Below are positions 55,005 to 63,455 of a DNA stretch of 64,000 bases, in pieces. The notes below the pieces were generated by a model. It saw only the letters and a list, made by a program, of their open reading frames with translations. It was not told the DNA's origin and searched no databases. How positions within the stretch are numbered: position 1 is the stretch's first letter; every line of letters starts with the position of its first letter. The stretch is from Anaerolineae bacterium (lineage in GTDB: Bacteria; Chloroflexota; Anaerolineae; CG2-30-64-16), in the NCBI GenBank assembly GCA_040766655.1, contig JAXGQB010000009.1, positions 114,685-178,684 of the forward strand. Reading direction: 5' to 3'. The position numbers and the translations under genes are program-made.

Positions 55005-56828
55005 ATGAATGATCCCAACACCCGAATGATCCGGCTGCTGTCCGCCATCTACGATGCCGGGGATGCAGCCCAGGCATGGCAGGCCCTGGCCGCTCGGCTG
55101 GAAGCCTTTCGCGCGGACCATCCGCACCTGGCCGGGCCCTCGACGCTGCCTGCCACGGACCGGCTCACCGAACGCGACGCGATCGTGATCACCTATGGAG
55201 ACCAGATCTCCGAGCCCTTAAGGCCGCCGCTCCGGACGCTGGCCGCGTTCCTGGACCGCCATCTGCAGGGAACGATCAGCGGGGTCCACATCCTGCCCTG
55301 CTTCCCATACTCCTCCGACGATGGCTTCTCGGTCATCGACTACGGGCAGGTCGATCCGGCCCTGGGGGATTGGGACGACGTGCGCGCTTTGGGCGAACAC
55401 TATCGCCTGATGTTCGATTTCGTCGCCAATCACGTATCGCAGCATAGCACGTGGTTCCAGGGCTTTCTCAAGGGCGAGGCGCCCTACCGGGACTACTTCA
55501 TCACCGTCGATCCCGGCGCCGATCTCTCGCAGGTGGTGCGGCCGCGCGCGCTGCCCCTGTTGACGCCGGTCGAGACGCCCGAGGGCCTCCGCCACGTGTG
55601 GACGACCTTCAGCACGGACCAGATCGACCTCAACTACGCCAACCCGCAGGTGCTCCTCGAGATGACCGACGTGCTGCTGCATTACGTCGCGCACGACGCA
55701 GAGATCATCCGCCTGGACGCGATCGCCTATCTCTGGAAGACGATCGGCACGTCATGCATCCACCTGCCCCAGGCGCACGCAGTCGTCAAGCTGTGGCGGG
55801 CCGTGCTCGATGCGGTTGCGCCGGGCGTCCTCCTGATCACCGAGACGAACGTGCCGCACGCGGACAACATCAGCTACTTCGGCGAGCCCCTCCCCGAGAC
55901 GGGCAGCACCGACGAGGCGCAGCTGGTCTACAACTTCTCGCTCGCGCCGCTGACACTGCACGCGCTGAAGGAAGGGGACGCATCTCACCTTTCCCGGTGG
56001 GCCGCGACGCTCAAGCCGCCCTCGAAGGCGGCCACCTTCTTCAACTTCATCGCATCGCACGACGGCATCGGCGTGCTGCCTGCGCGCGGCATCCTGGACG
56101 AGGCGGAGGTGCAAGGGCTGGTGGACCGCACCCTGGCGCACGGCGGCCAGGTGTCCTACAAGGCCAACCCGGATGGCTCGGCCAGCGTCTACGAGCTGAA
56201 CATCACGCTCTATGACTTCCTCAACGACCCGGCCGCGCCCCAGATCGAGACCGACGTGAGGCGCTTCCTCGCGTCGCAGGCCATCCTGCTCGCGCTGGCC
56301 GGCGTCCCGGGCATCTACGTGCACAGCCTCTTCGGCTCGCGCAACTGCCACCGCTGCTACGCCGAAACCGGCCGGGCGCGCTCCCTCAACCGCGAGAAGT
56401 TTGACTTTGCCGGGCTGGAGGCGTTGCTGGCCGATCCGCACGGGCACGCAGGCCGCGTGTTCGACGGCTACCGCACCCTGCTGCGCGTGCGACAGGGGGA
56501 GCGGGCGTTCCATCCCCTGGGCGGCCAGAAGGTGCTCGACCTGGGACCGGCGATCATGGCGGTGCTGCGGCTCCCGCCGGGAGAACGCGGGCCGGCGGGC
56601 GGGCCGGCGGGCGGGCGGGCGGGCGGGCCGGTGGGCCGGCCGGTGCTCTGCCTGGTGAACGTCGCGCCCGATGCCCGGACGGTGCGTCTCGACGGCAGCG
56701 TCCTGGCGGCCCTCCCGGGCGAAACGCTCGTCGACCTGGTCGGAGGCGGCACCTATCCCAAGGGGGACGGCGCGATGGAGATCACATTGTCGGGCTACCA
56801 GGTCATGTGGCTGGCGCCTTCCGAGTAA
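55005..56828 (+). CDS. GH13 subfamily-18-type sucrose-phosphorylase-family enzyme (sucrose/glucosylglycerate phosphorylase-like)
   Basis: Motifs ILPCFPYSSDDGFSVIDY, FDFVANHVS, IIRLDAIAYLWK (catalytic Asp region), FFNFIASHDGIG. Odd PAGG-repeat segment GPAGGPAGGRAGGPVGRP near the C-terminus. Confidence 0.85.
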   Translation: MNDPNTRMIRLLSAIYDAGDAAQAWQALAARLEAFRADHPHLAGPSTLPATDRLTERDAIVITYGDQISEPLRPPLRTLAAFLDRHLQGTISGVHILPCFPYSSDDGFSVIDYGQVDPALGDWDDVRALGEHYRLMFDFVANHVSQHSTWFQGFLKGEAPYRDYFITVDPGADLSQVVRPRALPLLTPVETPEGLRHVWTTFSTDQIDLNYANPQVLLEMTDVLLHYVAHDAEIIRLDAIAYLWKTIGTSCIHLPQAHAVVKLWRAVLDAVAPGVLLITETNVPHADNISYFGEPLPETGSTDEAQLVYNFSLAPLTLHALKEGDASHLSRWAATLKPPSKAATFFNFIASHDGIGVLPARGILDEAEVQGLVDRTLAHGGQVSYKANPDGSASVYELNITLYDFLNDPAAPQIETDVRRFLASQAILLALAGVPGIYVHSLFGSRNCHRCYAETGRARSLNREKFDFAGLEALLADPHGHAGRVFDGYRTLLRVRQGERAFHPLGGQKVLDLGPAIMAVLRLPPGERGPAGGPAGGRAGGPVGRPVLCLVNVAPDARTVRLDGSVLAALPGETLVDLVGGGTYPKGDGAMEITLSGYQVMWLAPSE

Positions 56829-56913
56829 GCGCGGCGCGTGATTGACAGTGTGCTCCCGGCACACTACAATCGGGTCCAGAAGAACCGACCAAAGACGTGC
56901 AAAGGACGGCCGT

Positions 56914-57774
56914 ATGGACCAAACCACACCACCCTGCTTCACCCTTGCTCCGGGCGAGGGCGACCTGCCCAAGATTACGCTCGTTGCCCCCGACGGCTCA
57001 CAGGCCGAGATCTATCTGCACGGCGCCCACGTCGCATCGTGGGCGCCCGCCAACGACGCCGAGCGCCTTTTCATGAGCGAGGCGTCCGCGTTCAGCGCGG
57101 GTGCACCGATCCGCGGCGGCATTCCGTTGGTGTTCCCGCAGTTCGGCGCGAACGGACCGCTGCCCAACCACGGGTTTGCGCGCATCCTGCCGTGGGAGTT
57201 CCTTGGTGCGCAGGTGGCCGGCAACACCGCCACCGCCATCTTCCACCTCGTCGACTCACCTGAGACGCGGGCGCTGTGGGACCACGCGTTTGCGGCTGAG
57301 CTGTCCGTCGCGGTGGGGGGCAATGGGTTGAGCGTCACGCTCGAGATCGACAACACGGGCCACGAGCCGTTCAGCTTCACGACCGCGCTGCACACGTATC
57401 TCCGAGTGGCCGATCTGGCTGAAACCTACGTCCAGGGGTTGGGCGATCGAACGTATCGCGACCTTCCCGCGGGCGGGATCGAGGCGGTGCAGGCCGAGCC
57501 GCTGCTGCGATTCGAGGGCGAGTTGGGCCGGCTCTACCTCGGTGCTCCGGCCGAGCTGCAGCTATTCGACGGCGAGCGCACGGTCCTCATCCGGCACGCG
57601 GGCTTCACCGACACGGTCGTATGGAACCCCGGCGCGCAGAAGTCGCTGACGTTCCCGGACCTCAAGCCGGACGATTACCTGCACTACGTCTGTGTGGAGG
57701 GTGCAACCGTCGGCACGCCGGTGGTGCTGGCGCCCGGCGAGCGCTGGCTGGGCAGCCAATCGCTGTTGGTCTGA
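56914..57774 (+). CDS. D-hexose-6-phosphate mutarotase (YeaD/glucose-6-phosphate 1-epimerase family)
   Basis: GIPLVFPQFGANGPLPNHGFARILPWEF, an aldose-1-epimerase superfamily fold. Confidence 0.85.
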   Translation: MDQTTPPCFTLAPGEGDLPKITLVAPDGSQAEIYLHGAHVASWAPANDAERLFMSEASAFSAGAPIRGGIPLVFPQFGANGPLPNHGFARILPWEFLGAQVAGNTATAIFHLVDSPETRALWDHAFAAELSVAVGGNGLSVTLEIDNTGHEPFSFTTALHTYLRVADLAETYVQGLGDRTYRDLPAGGIEAVQAEPLLRFEGELGRLYLGAPAELQLFDGERTVLIRHAGFTDTVVWNPGAQKSLTFPDLKPDDYLHYVCVEGATVGTPVVLAPGERWLGSQSLLV

Positions 57775-57796
57775 GCCTCCACCACCGCGCAATCAC

Positions 57797-57836
57797 GGGC
57801 CCGTGGCGGCTGAGAGCTGCCACGGGCCCTTTTTCT
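57797..57836 (+). terminator. Rho-independent terminator (11-bp stem gggcccgtggc/gccacgggccc, loop ggctgagagct, TTTTTCT tail)
   Basis: Read directly, 23 nt after the operon's last stop. Confidence 0.65.
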
Positions 57837-57904
57837 GCTCACGGCCTTATCCCTCGCGCGGGGCCGGGTTGAGCAGGCGCTCGAGATCCACGCCCACCCC
57901 AACG

Positions 57905-59212
57905 TCAGCGGCGCAGGCCCTCCATCATCTCCAGGTATTGTGTCTTGGTCAGCAACGGCCGGAAACTGGCGCTGATCTCCTGCGCGGCGGCTGCGCCGTC
58001 GGCCAGCAGGTCGATCGCGGTCATGGCCATCAGCTTGGCCGGCGCCACGGCCGAAGCCTCGTAGTCCAGCACCTTGAAGTCCGCTGCGTGCAGCGCGCCC
58101 TGCGCGCCGCCGACGAACGGGTGGAGCACCGGCATCAGGTGCGACAGGTCGCCCACGTCGAGCGATCCGCCCAGGAAGGGCGCCTCGAGCACGCCCCGCT
58201 CGCCGAGGAGCGCGCGACCGTTGGCCTCCGCCAGGCGGGTGAGGTTCTCGTCCTGGTAGATGGGCAGGTAGCCGGGCACGTTCTGGATGATCGTCTCCGC
58301 GCCCACTGCGTCGCCGCCGCCCCGAAACGCGCGGTCCACCTTCTTGGAGGCGTCCAGGATGGCATCGACGGTCCGGCCACGCACGAAGGTCTCGATGCGC
58401 ACGTCCGCAGGGACCACGTTGACCACGTCGCCGCCCTTCGTGATGATCGGGTGCACCCGGATCGCATCCTGGTCGCGGAAGGTCTCGCGCTGCGCGTGGA
58501 CGGCGAGGATGCCGAGACACGCCGCGTTGAGCGCGTTGATGCCGTCCTGCGGCGATGCGCCCGCGTGGGATGCGCGGCCGACGTAGCGCACGAACTTCGC
58601 CAGGAAGCCGTTCGCCTGGCCGCTGAAGTAGAAGCCCGGCTCCGGCGAGTTCGCGGCCGAGTGCACCATCATCGCCATCGCGATGTCGTCGAAGTAGCCC
58701 AGCTTGACGAGCTCCTGCTTGCCGCTGAGGTACGTCACCTTCCCCTCGTTCGCCAGGCCCAGCCGGTACTCGATCTCGAGGAACTCCTCCGCGGGCGCGC
58801 CGAGGAAGTGGATGCGGCCGGCCAGGGACGGCGCGACGCCGGAGCCCGCCAGCCCGATCGCGGCGCCGAGCATGCTGGCCACCTGGATGTGGTGGCCGCA
58901 CTGGTGGGCTGCGCCGGTCTCCGGGTCGCACACCTCCGCGTCCCGGCCCGTCACGGAGTCCAGCTCGCCCATGATGCAGATGGCCGGGCCCGGCTGCCCG
59001 CCCGCCAGCACCCCGTCCACCCCGGTGATGGCAAGCCCCTCGCGCACCGGCAGGCCGAGGCCGGCCAGGGTGTCGCGCACCAGGGCTGCGGTCTTAACCT
59101 CCTTGTAGCCCAGCTCGGGGTGTCCGCGCATCGTGTGCGCGATGCCGATGATGTCGTCGCGTCGCCGGTCGATCTCGGCGCAGACAGCCTGCTTCAGCTC
59201 GTCGCGGTTCAT
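57905..59212 (-). CDS. M20-family amidohydrolase (M20D/AbgB-hippurate hydrolase-like)
   Basis: Start MNRDELKQAV. Metal-binding motif region CGHHIQ. 435 aa. Confidence 0.85.
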   Translation of the reverse strand: MNRDELKQAVCAEIDRRRDDIIGIAHTMRGHPELGYKEVKTAALVRDTLAGLGLPVREGLAITGVDGVLAGGQPGPAICIMGELDSVTGRDAEVCDPETGAAHQCGHHIQVASMLGAAIGLAGSGVAPSLAGRIHFLGAPAEEFLEIEYRLGLANEGKVTYLSGKQELVKLGYFDDIAMAMMVHSAANSPEPGFYFSGQANGFLAKFVRYVGRASHAGASPQDGINALNAACLGILAVHAQRETFRDQDAIRVHPIITKGGDVVNVVPADVRIETFVRGRTVDAILDASKKVDRAFRGGGDAVGAETIIQNVPGYLPIYQDENLTRLAEANGRALLGERGVLEAPFLGGSLDVGDLSHLMPVLHPFVGGAQGALHAADFKVLDYEASAVAPAKLMAMTAIDLLADGAAAAQEISASFRPLLTKTQYLEMMEGLRR

Positions 59213-59312
59213 GAGGTCGCTCCTTCGGTAAAGATCTCCGTGTGGCAACCATCATGGTAATCGTAAACCCGCCGCGCTCCAAGGCAGATACTCGCGCACA
59301 GCGTTAGACCCG

Positions 59313-59363
59313 TTGACACGCGCGGCCGGCAGTACTACAATGTGACCACATGAGGTGGTCACA
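59313..59363 (+). promoter_or_regulatory. TA cassette 1 promoter TTGACA-17-TACAAT immediately followed by operator palindrome TGTGACCAC-atgag-GTGGTCACA; SD GAGGTG
   Basis: TTGACA 59313-18, TACAAT 59336-41, palindrome 59341-63. Confidence 0.6.
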
Positions 59364-59380
59364 AAGAAACGAGGTGTATC

Positions 59381-59650
59381 ATGCCGGAAATTGGCATTCG
59401 CGAACTGAAGAGCCAGGCATCTGAAATAGTGCGTGCGGTGCGCGAGGAGCGCGCAGAATACGTGATTACGCTGCGCGGCCGGCCAGTGGCGATGATCGTG
59501 CCATTCGAGGAAACACCCGGACCCCGCAAACTGACGGATGAGGAATTCTGGGCGGAGATGGATGCCCTGATCCAGGAGATGGAAGAGGCAACACCTCCCG
59601 GAGCCAAAAGCCCGTTGCAGCAGCTCTTCGAAGATCGCGAGGCGTCATGA
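59381..59650 (+). CDS. Type II antitoxin, Phd/YefM family
   Basis: 89 aa. IRELKSQASEIVRAV...EYVITLRGRPVAMIVP. ATGA overlap with the toxin gene. Confidence 0.85.
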   Translation: MPEIGIRELKSQASEIVRAVREERAEYVITLRGRPVAMIVPFEETPGPRKLTDEEFWAEMDALIQEMEEATPPGAKSPLQQLFEDREAS

Positions 59651-60093
59651 TTCCGAAGAGTGTGGTGGTGGATGCCAGTGTGCTGATCGCGTCCGTGACG
59701 GCGAGAGAAGCAGGTCATCTCCTGGCCAGACGGTTCGTGGGCGCCTGCACAGCGCTCGGCCTGTCGATCTTCGTGCCTGTCATTGCCCTGGCCGAATTCA
59801 GCGGGGGCCTCAGCCGTACCGGGCGCTCTGCCGAGCAGATCAAAGCCTTTCTGGCGATCTATCGCAGCCAGGCTGAGTTTACCGTGGTTCCCATCGGGAT
59901 TGAACTTGGCGACGAGGCGGTTTCGATCGCCACCGTGCAGCGCGTCAAGGGCTGCGATGCCATCTATCTGGCACTCGCCCGCGATCTCACACTCCCCCTC
60001 GTCACCCTTGACAGGGAGCAGCAGGGCCGCGCGCCCGCGGACGTGGCGGCGCTCACGCCCGAACAGGCCTTGGCGGAGTGGTGGCCTTCCTGA
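59647..60093 (+). CDS. PIN-domain toxin (VapC-like ribonuclease)
   Basis: 148 aa. N-terminal VVVDASVLIA (the first catalytic Asp), with conserved acidic residues downstream. Confidence 0.85.
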   Translation: MIPKSVVVDASVLIASVTAREAGHLLARRFVGACTALGLSIFVPVIALAEFSGGLSRTGRSAEQIKAFLAIYRSQAEFTVVPIGIELGDEAVSIATVQRVKGCDAIYLALARDLTLPLVTLDREQQGRAPADVAALTPEQALAEWWPS

Positions 60094-60115
60094 ACCGCCA
60101 TCGCCTGGTTACCCC

Positions 60116-61351
60116 ATGCCCATCAACGGAACCCGTCTCAACGACCGGATCGCGCGGCTCGCCGAGTTCGGCCAGACACCCGACGGCGGGGTCACGCGAC
60201 CCACCTTCACCCCCGCGTACCTGCAGGCCGCGCAGGCCGTGGCCGACTGGATGTCGGAAGCGGGTTTAGCGGTCCGCCGCGATGCGGTGGGCAATCTGAT
60301 CGGGCGCCGGGAAGGAGACCCGGCCGGGCTGCCCGCGGTCGCGCTGGGCTCGCACATCGACACGGTGCTCGGCGGCGGCCGATACGACGGCGCGCTGGGC
60401 GTGCTGAGCGCGCTCGAGGTCGCGCAGGCGCTGCACGAGGACGGCGTATCGCTCCGGCATCCCCTGGAGGTCATCTCGTTCATCGAGGAAGAGGGCACGC
60501 GCTGGGCGACCGGCATGCTGGGCAGCCGCTTCATGGTCGGCCATATCTCGGAGGAGTTCGTGCGCGAACGGGCCGACCGCCAGGGCGTGACCATCAGGGA
60601 GGCGCTGGCCGGCGCAGGGCTGGATCCGGCCCGATTCCGTGAGGCGGCGCGCACGTCGGACGAGTTTCACGCGTACGTGGAGCTGCACATCGAGCAGAGC
60701 ACGGTGCTGGAGAGCCTGGGGCTGCCGGTGGGCGCGGTGACGGGCATCGCCGGCCCCCTGTTCCTGGCGCTGCGTCTGCACGGCCGCGCGGATCATGCGG
60801 GCGCCACCCCCATGCATCTGCGTCGAGATGCGCTGGTCGCGGCCAGCCAAATCGTGCTGGTCGCGCAGGAGGCGGCTGCGACTGCCTCCTCGACCGCGGT
60901 GGCCACGGTCGGCCGGCTGGAGGTGAGCCCCGGCGCCATCAACGTCATTCCGGGCGAAGTCTTCATGACCTTCGACCTGCGGGACATCGTCGAGGCACAG
61001 CGCGACCGCCTGGAACACACCGTGCGCGCCGCCAGCGAGCGGATCGCGACCGCGGCTGGGCTCCGCTACGAGCTGGAGGAGCTCACGCGGCACGTGCCCG
61101 TGCCGTTGCCGGAGCATATGGTCGACACGGTGAGCCGCTCCATCGAGGCGGCGGGGTTGCCCGTCCACCGGCTGCCCAGCGGCGCGGGCCACGACGCGCA
61201 GATCATGGCCGAGGTCACCGACACCGCGATGATCTTCGTGCGCAGCCGGGAGGGCATCAGCCACAACCCACGCGAGTACAGCTCGCCGGAGGACATCGTC
61301 GCGGGCGCGGAGGTGCTGTACCACACGGTGGTCGCGCTGGATCGCTTGTGA
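60116..61351 (+). CDS. Zn-dependent hydrolase of the allantoate amidohydrolase / N-carbamoyl-L-amino-acid hydrolase family (M20F)
   Basis: Start MPINGTRLNDRIARLAEFG. GSHIDTVLGGGRYDGALGVLSALEV signature. Confidence 0.85.
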   Translation: MPINGTRLNDRIARLAEFGQTPDGGVTRPTFTPAYLQAAQAVADWMSEAGLAVRRDAVGNLIGRREGDPAGLPAVALGSHIDTVLGGGRYDGALGVLSALEVAQALHEDGVSLRHPLEVISFIEEEGTRWATGMLGSRFMVGHISEEFVRERADRQGVTIREALAGAGLDPARFREAARTSDEFHAYVELHIEQSTVLESLGLPVGAVTGIAGPLFLALRLHGRADHAGATPMHLRRDALVAASQIVLVAQEAAATASSTAVATVGRLEVSPGAINVIPGEVFMTFDLRDIVEAQRDRLEHTVRAASERIATAAGLRYELEELTRHVPVPLPEHMVDTVSRSIEAAGLPVHRLPSGAGHDAQIMAEVTDTAMIFVRSREGISHNPREYSSPEDIVAGAEVLYHTVVALDRL

Positions 61352-61394
61352 ACATGAAGGGGCGCGCTGCGGGGACTTAAATCCGCGTGGCCAG

Positions 61395-61445
61395 TTGACG
61401 CGCGTGCCGAGCAGTGCTAAAATGTAGCCACATGAAGTGGCCACA
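61395..61445 (+). promoter_or_regulatory. TA cassette 2 promoter TTGACG-17-TAAAAT followed by operator TGTAGCCAC-atgaa-GTGGCCACA (1 mismatch from the cassette-1 palindrome)
   Basis: TTGACG 61395-400, TAAAAT 61418-23, operator 61423-45, SD GGAGGG. Confidence 0.55.
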
Positions 61446-61467
61446 TGATCTGGTCGCCGGAGGGTAG

Positions 61468-61788
61468 ATGATGGTAGAGACCAAAAACGCTTACGGCGAG
61501 CCGCAGACCCGTCGCCGCGCCCGCGGCATCGGGATCCGGGAGCTGAAGAACCAGGCATCTGAGATCGTACGCGCAGTGTGCGAGGGGCACGCGGAGTACG
61601 TCATCACCCATCGCGGCCGTCCCGTTGCGATGATCGTGCCGTTCCACGAGCACGCTGCAGAAGAGGAGCCGACACCCGAGGCGTGGTGGGCCAGGATCGA
61701 GGCCATCGGGCGCCAGATGGAAGAAGAGACGCCTGCCGGTGCAAAAAGCGCGCTGCAGCAACTGTTCGAAGATCGCGAGGCCTCATGA
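61468..61788 (+). CDS. Type II antitoxin, Phd/YefM family (paralog of 59381-59650)
   Basis: IRELKNQASEIVRAV...EYVITHRGRPVAMIVP. The 3' 30 nt are nearly identical to cassette 1. Confidence 0.85.
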   Translation: MMVETKNAYGEPQTRRRARGIGIRELKNQASEIVRAVCEGHAEYVITHRGRPVAMIVPFHEHAAEEEPTPEAWWARIEAIGRQMEEETPAGAKSALQQLFEDREAS

Positions 61789-62252
61789 CGCCATCCAGAG
61801 TCGTCGTGGATACGAGCGTGTTGGTGTCGGCCAGCCTGCATCGGGAGGCAGGCCATCGGGAAGCAGCCGGCGTGGTCTCGGAGCTCGGCCGGCAGCGCAT
61901 CGAGATCGTAGTCCCGGCGCTGTTGATCGTCGAGCTGATGAGTGCACTCAGCCGCAACGGTTTCCGTGCGGAGCGCGTGCGCGAGCTCGTGGCCGCGTAT
62001 CGCGCCGGCCGCTTCACCCTTACACCCGTCGACCTGGCACTGGCTGAACTGGCCGGCGACATCGCACTCCTGCACCATGTGAGAGGAGCGGACTGTATCT
62101 ACCTTGCCCTCGCCCGTGAACTCCGCCTGCCACTCGTCACGCTGGACCGTGAGCAGCGCGAGCGCGCGCCCGCCGATGTCGAGGTCCTGACCCCGGAACA
62201 AGCCCTGGCGGCGTGGTTCGCCAAGGAGGGCGACAGGCCCTCGCGCACGTGA
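61785..62252 (+). CDS. PIN-domain toxin (VapC-like), paralog of 59647-60093
   Basis: MTPSRVVVDTSVLVSA...LPLVTLDREQRERAPADVEVLTPEQALAAW, collinear with toxin 1. Confidence 0.8.
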   Translation: MTPSRVVVDTSVLVSASLHREAGHREAAGVVSELGRQRIEIVVPALLIVELMSALSRNGFRAERVRELVAAYRAGRFTLTPVDLALAELAGDIALLHHVRGADCIYLALARELRLPLVTLDREQRERAPADVEVLTPEQALAAWFAKEGDRPSRT

Positions 62253-62336
62253 CCCAGATCCAGCAGATCGCCAAGGAAATCGCTTGTCGCGCCCGGCATG
62301 CCGGCACAGGAGCGTCTGGCCGCCATGCCCCGTGGG

Positions 62337-63455
62337 TTACTCCGGACCCCCACCCGCCGTGTGTGCCGGCGCGCGGTGCCGCCGGCGCATCGCGTCCAGC
62401 ACGCGGGGCATGGCGCGGGTGTAGGCCCAGTACAACCCCTTGTTCACCGGGTAGTCGTACGCGCCGATGTGCGGCACAAACTCGCCGCCGAACCCCTGCT
62501 TGAACCGGTACACGCCCCACAAGGGATCGCTCTCGTCCAGCACGTCGGGCGCGCCCCACCAGTCGTAGCGCGTGCACCCGTGCGCCTTCGCCCAGCGCAT
62601 CGCGGCCCACTGCAGCGCGTGGTTGGGCATCAGGTCGCGGTCCTGCGCGGTGGACGCGCCGTAGAAATACCAGGCGGTCGGGCCGTAGCGGAAGAGGATC
62701 AGGCCGGCCACCGCGCGCCCCGCCACCTCGGCCAGCAGGATGTGCGCCAGGTGATCGGCCAGAAACGGCTCCCAGATCGCGCGGTAGTACTCGAACGGCC
62801 GCACCAGAAACCCGTCGCGCGCGCCCGTCTCCTCGTACATGGCGTGGAAGCGGGCCAGGTCGGCCGGCCCGCCGTCGCGCACGACGACTCCCTTGCGCTC
62901 GGCCAGGCGGATGTTGTAGCGCCACTTCGGCTTCATCGCGGCCAGCAGCTCGTCTTCGCCGGGCGCCAGGTCGGACACCATCGTATTGCGATATTGGATC
63001 TGCTCGGGCGAGAGGACCCACCCTCGGTGCGAGAGCAGCTCGGCGACCGCCGCGCCCTCGGGCCGGTCGCTACGGACATCGGGATCGATCTTGACGAAGA
63101 TCGCGCCGGCCCGCCGCGCGGCGGACTCGATGTCGCGCAGCACCGCCGCGGCCAGCGCCTGATCCGACCAGTCCAGCAGCGGGCCCTTGGGGACGTAGGC
63201 GACCGCGACGGGAAGCCGCGCCTGGATCCGTCGGACGAGCATCGCAGCCGCGGCCCAGGCAGTGAAGCGATCGCCCTCGCCCGGCGTGACGCCCTCCTCG
63301 CCCCAGGCCAGCCGCCTGGCCGACCAGCCCGTCTGCCGCTTGCTCAGGCCCCAGGCCCAGCTTTGCAGAATGTGCGGCTCGGGCATGGCCTGCGCGTACG
63401 ACCGCCAGCTCTTGGGGTCCGTCACCTCGATCTGCTGCAGCGGAGCGACGTTCAT
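62337..63455 (-). CDS. FemAB-family peptidyl/aminoacyl transferase (Lipid II / glycan-peptide branching-type acyltransferase fold)
   Basis: Start MNVAPLQQIEVTD. YRFKQGFGG and WGAPD motifs of the FemABX/Acetyltransf_6 family. Confidence 0.7.
   Translation of the reverse strand: MNVAPLQQIEVTDPKSWRSYAQAMPEPHILQSWAWGLSKRQTGWSARRLAWGEEGVTPGEGDRFTAWAAAAMLVRRIQARLPVAVAYVPKGPLLDWSDQALAAAVLRDIESAARRAGAIFVKIDPDVRSDRPEGAAVAELLSHRGWVLSPEQIQYRNTMVSDLAPGEDELLAAMKPKWRYNIRLAERKGVVVRDGGPADLARFHAMYEETGARDGFLVRPFEYYRAIWEPFLADHLAHILLAEVAGRAVAGLILFRYGPTAWYFYGASTAQDRDLMPNHALQWAAMRWAKAHGCTRYDWWGAPDVLDESDPLWGVYRFKQGFGGEFVPHIGAYDYPVNKGLYWAYTRAMPRVLDAMRRRHRAPAHTAGGGPE

Noticed and set aside
62137-63021. 294-aa minus-strand ORF
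   Set aside because: Out-of-frame overlap with the FemAB gene. The translation is Arg/Ala/Gly-rich.
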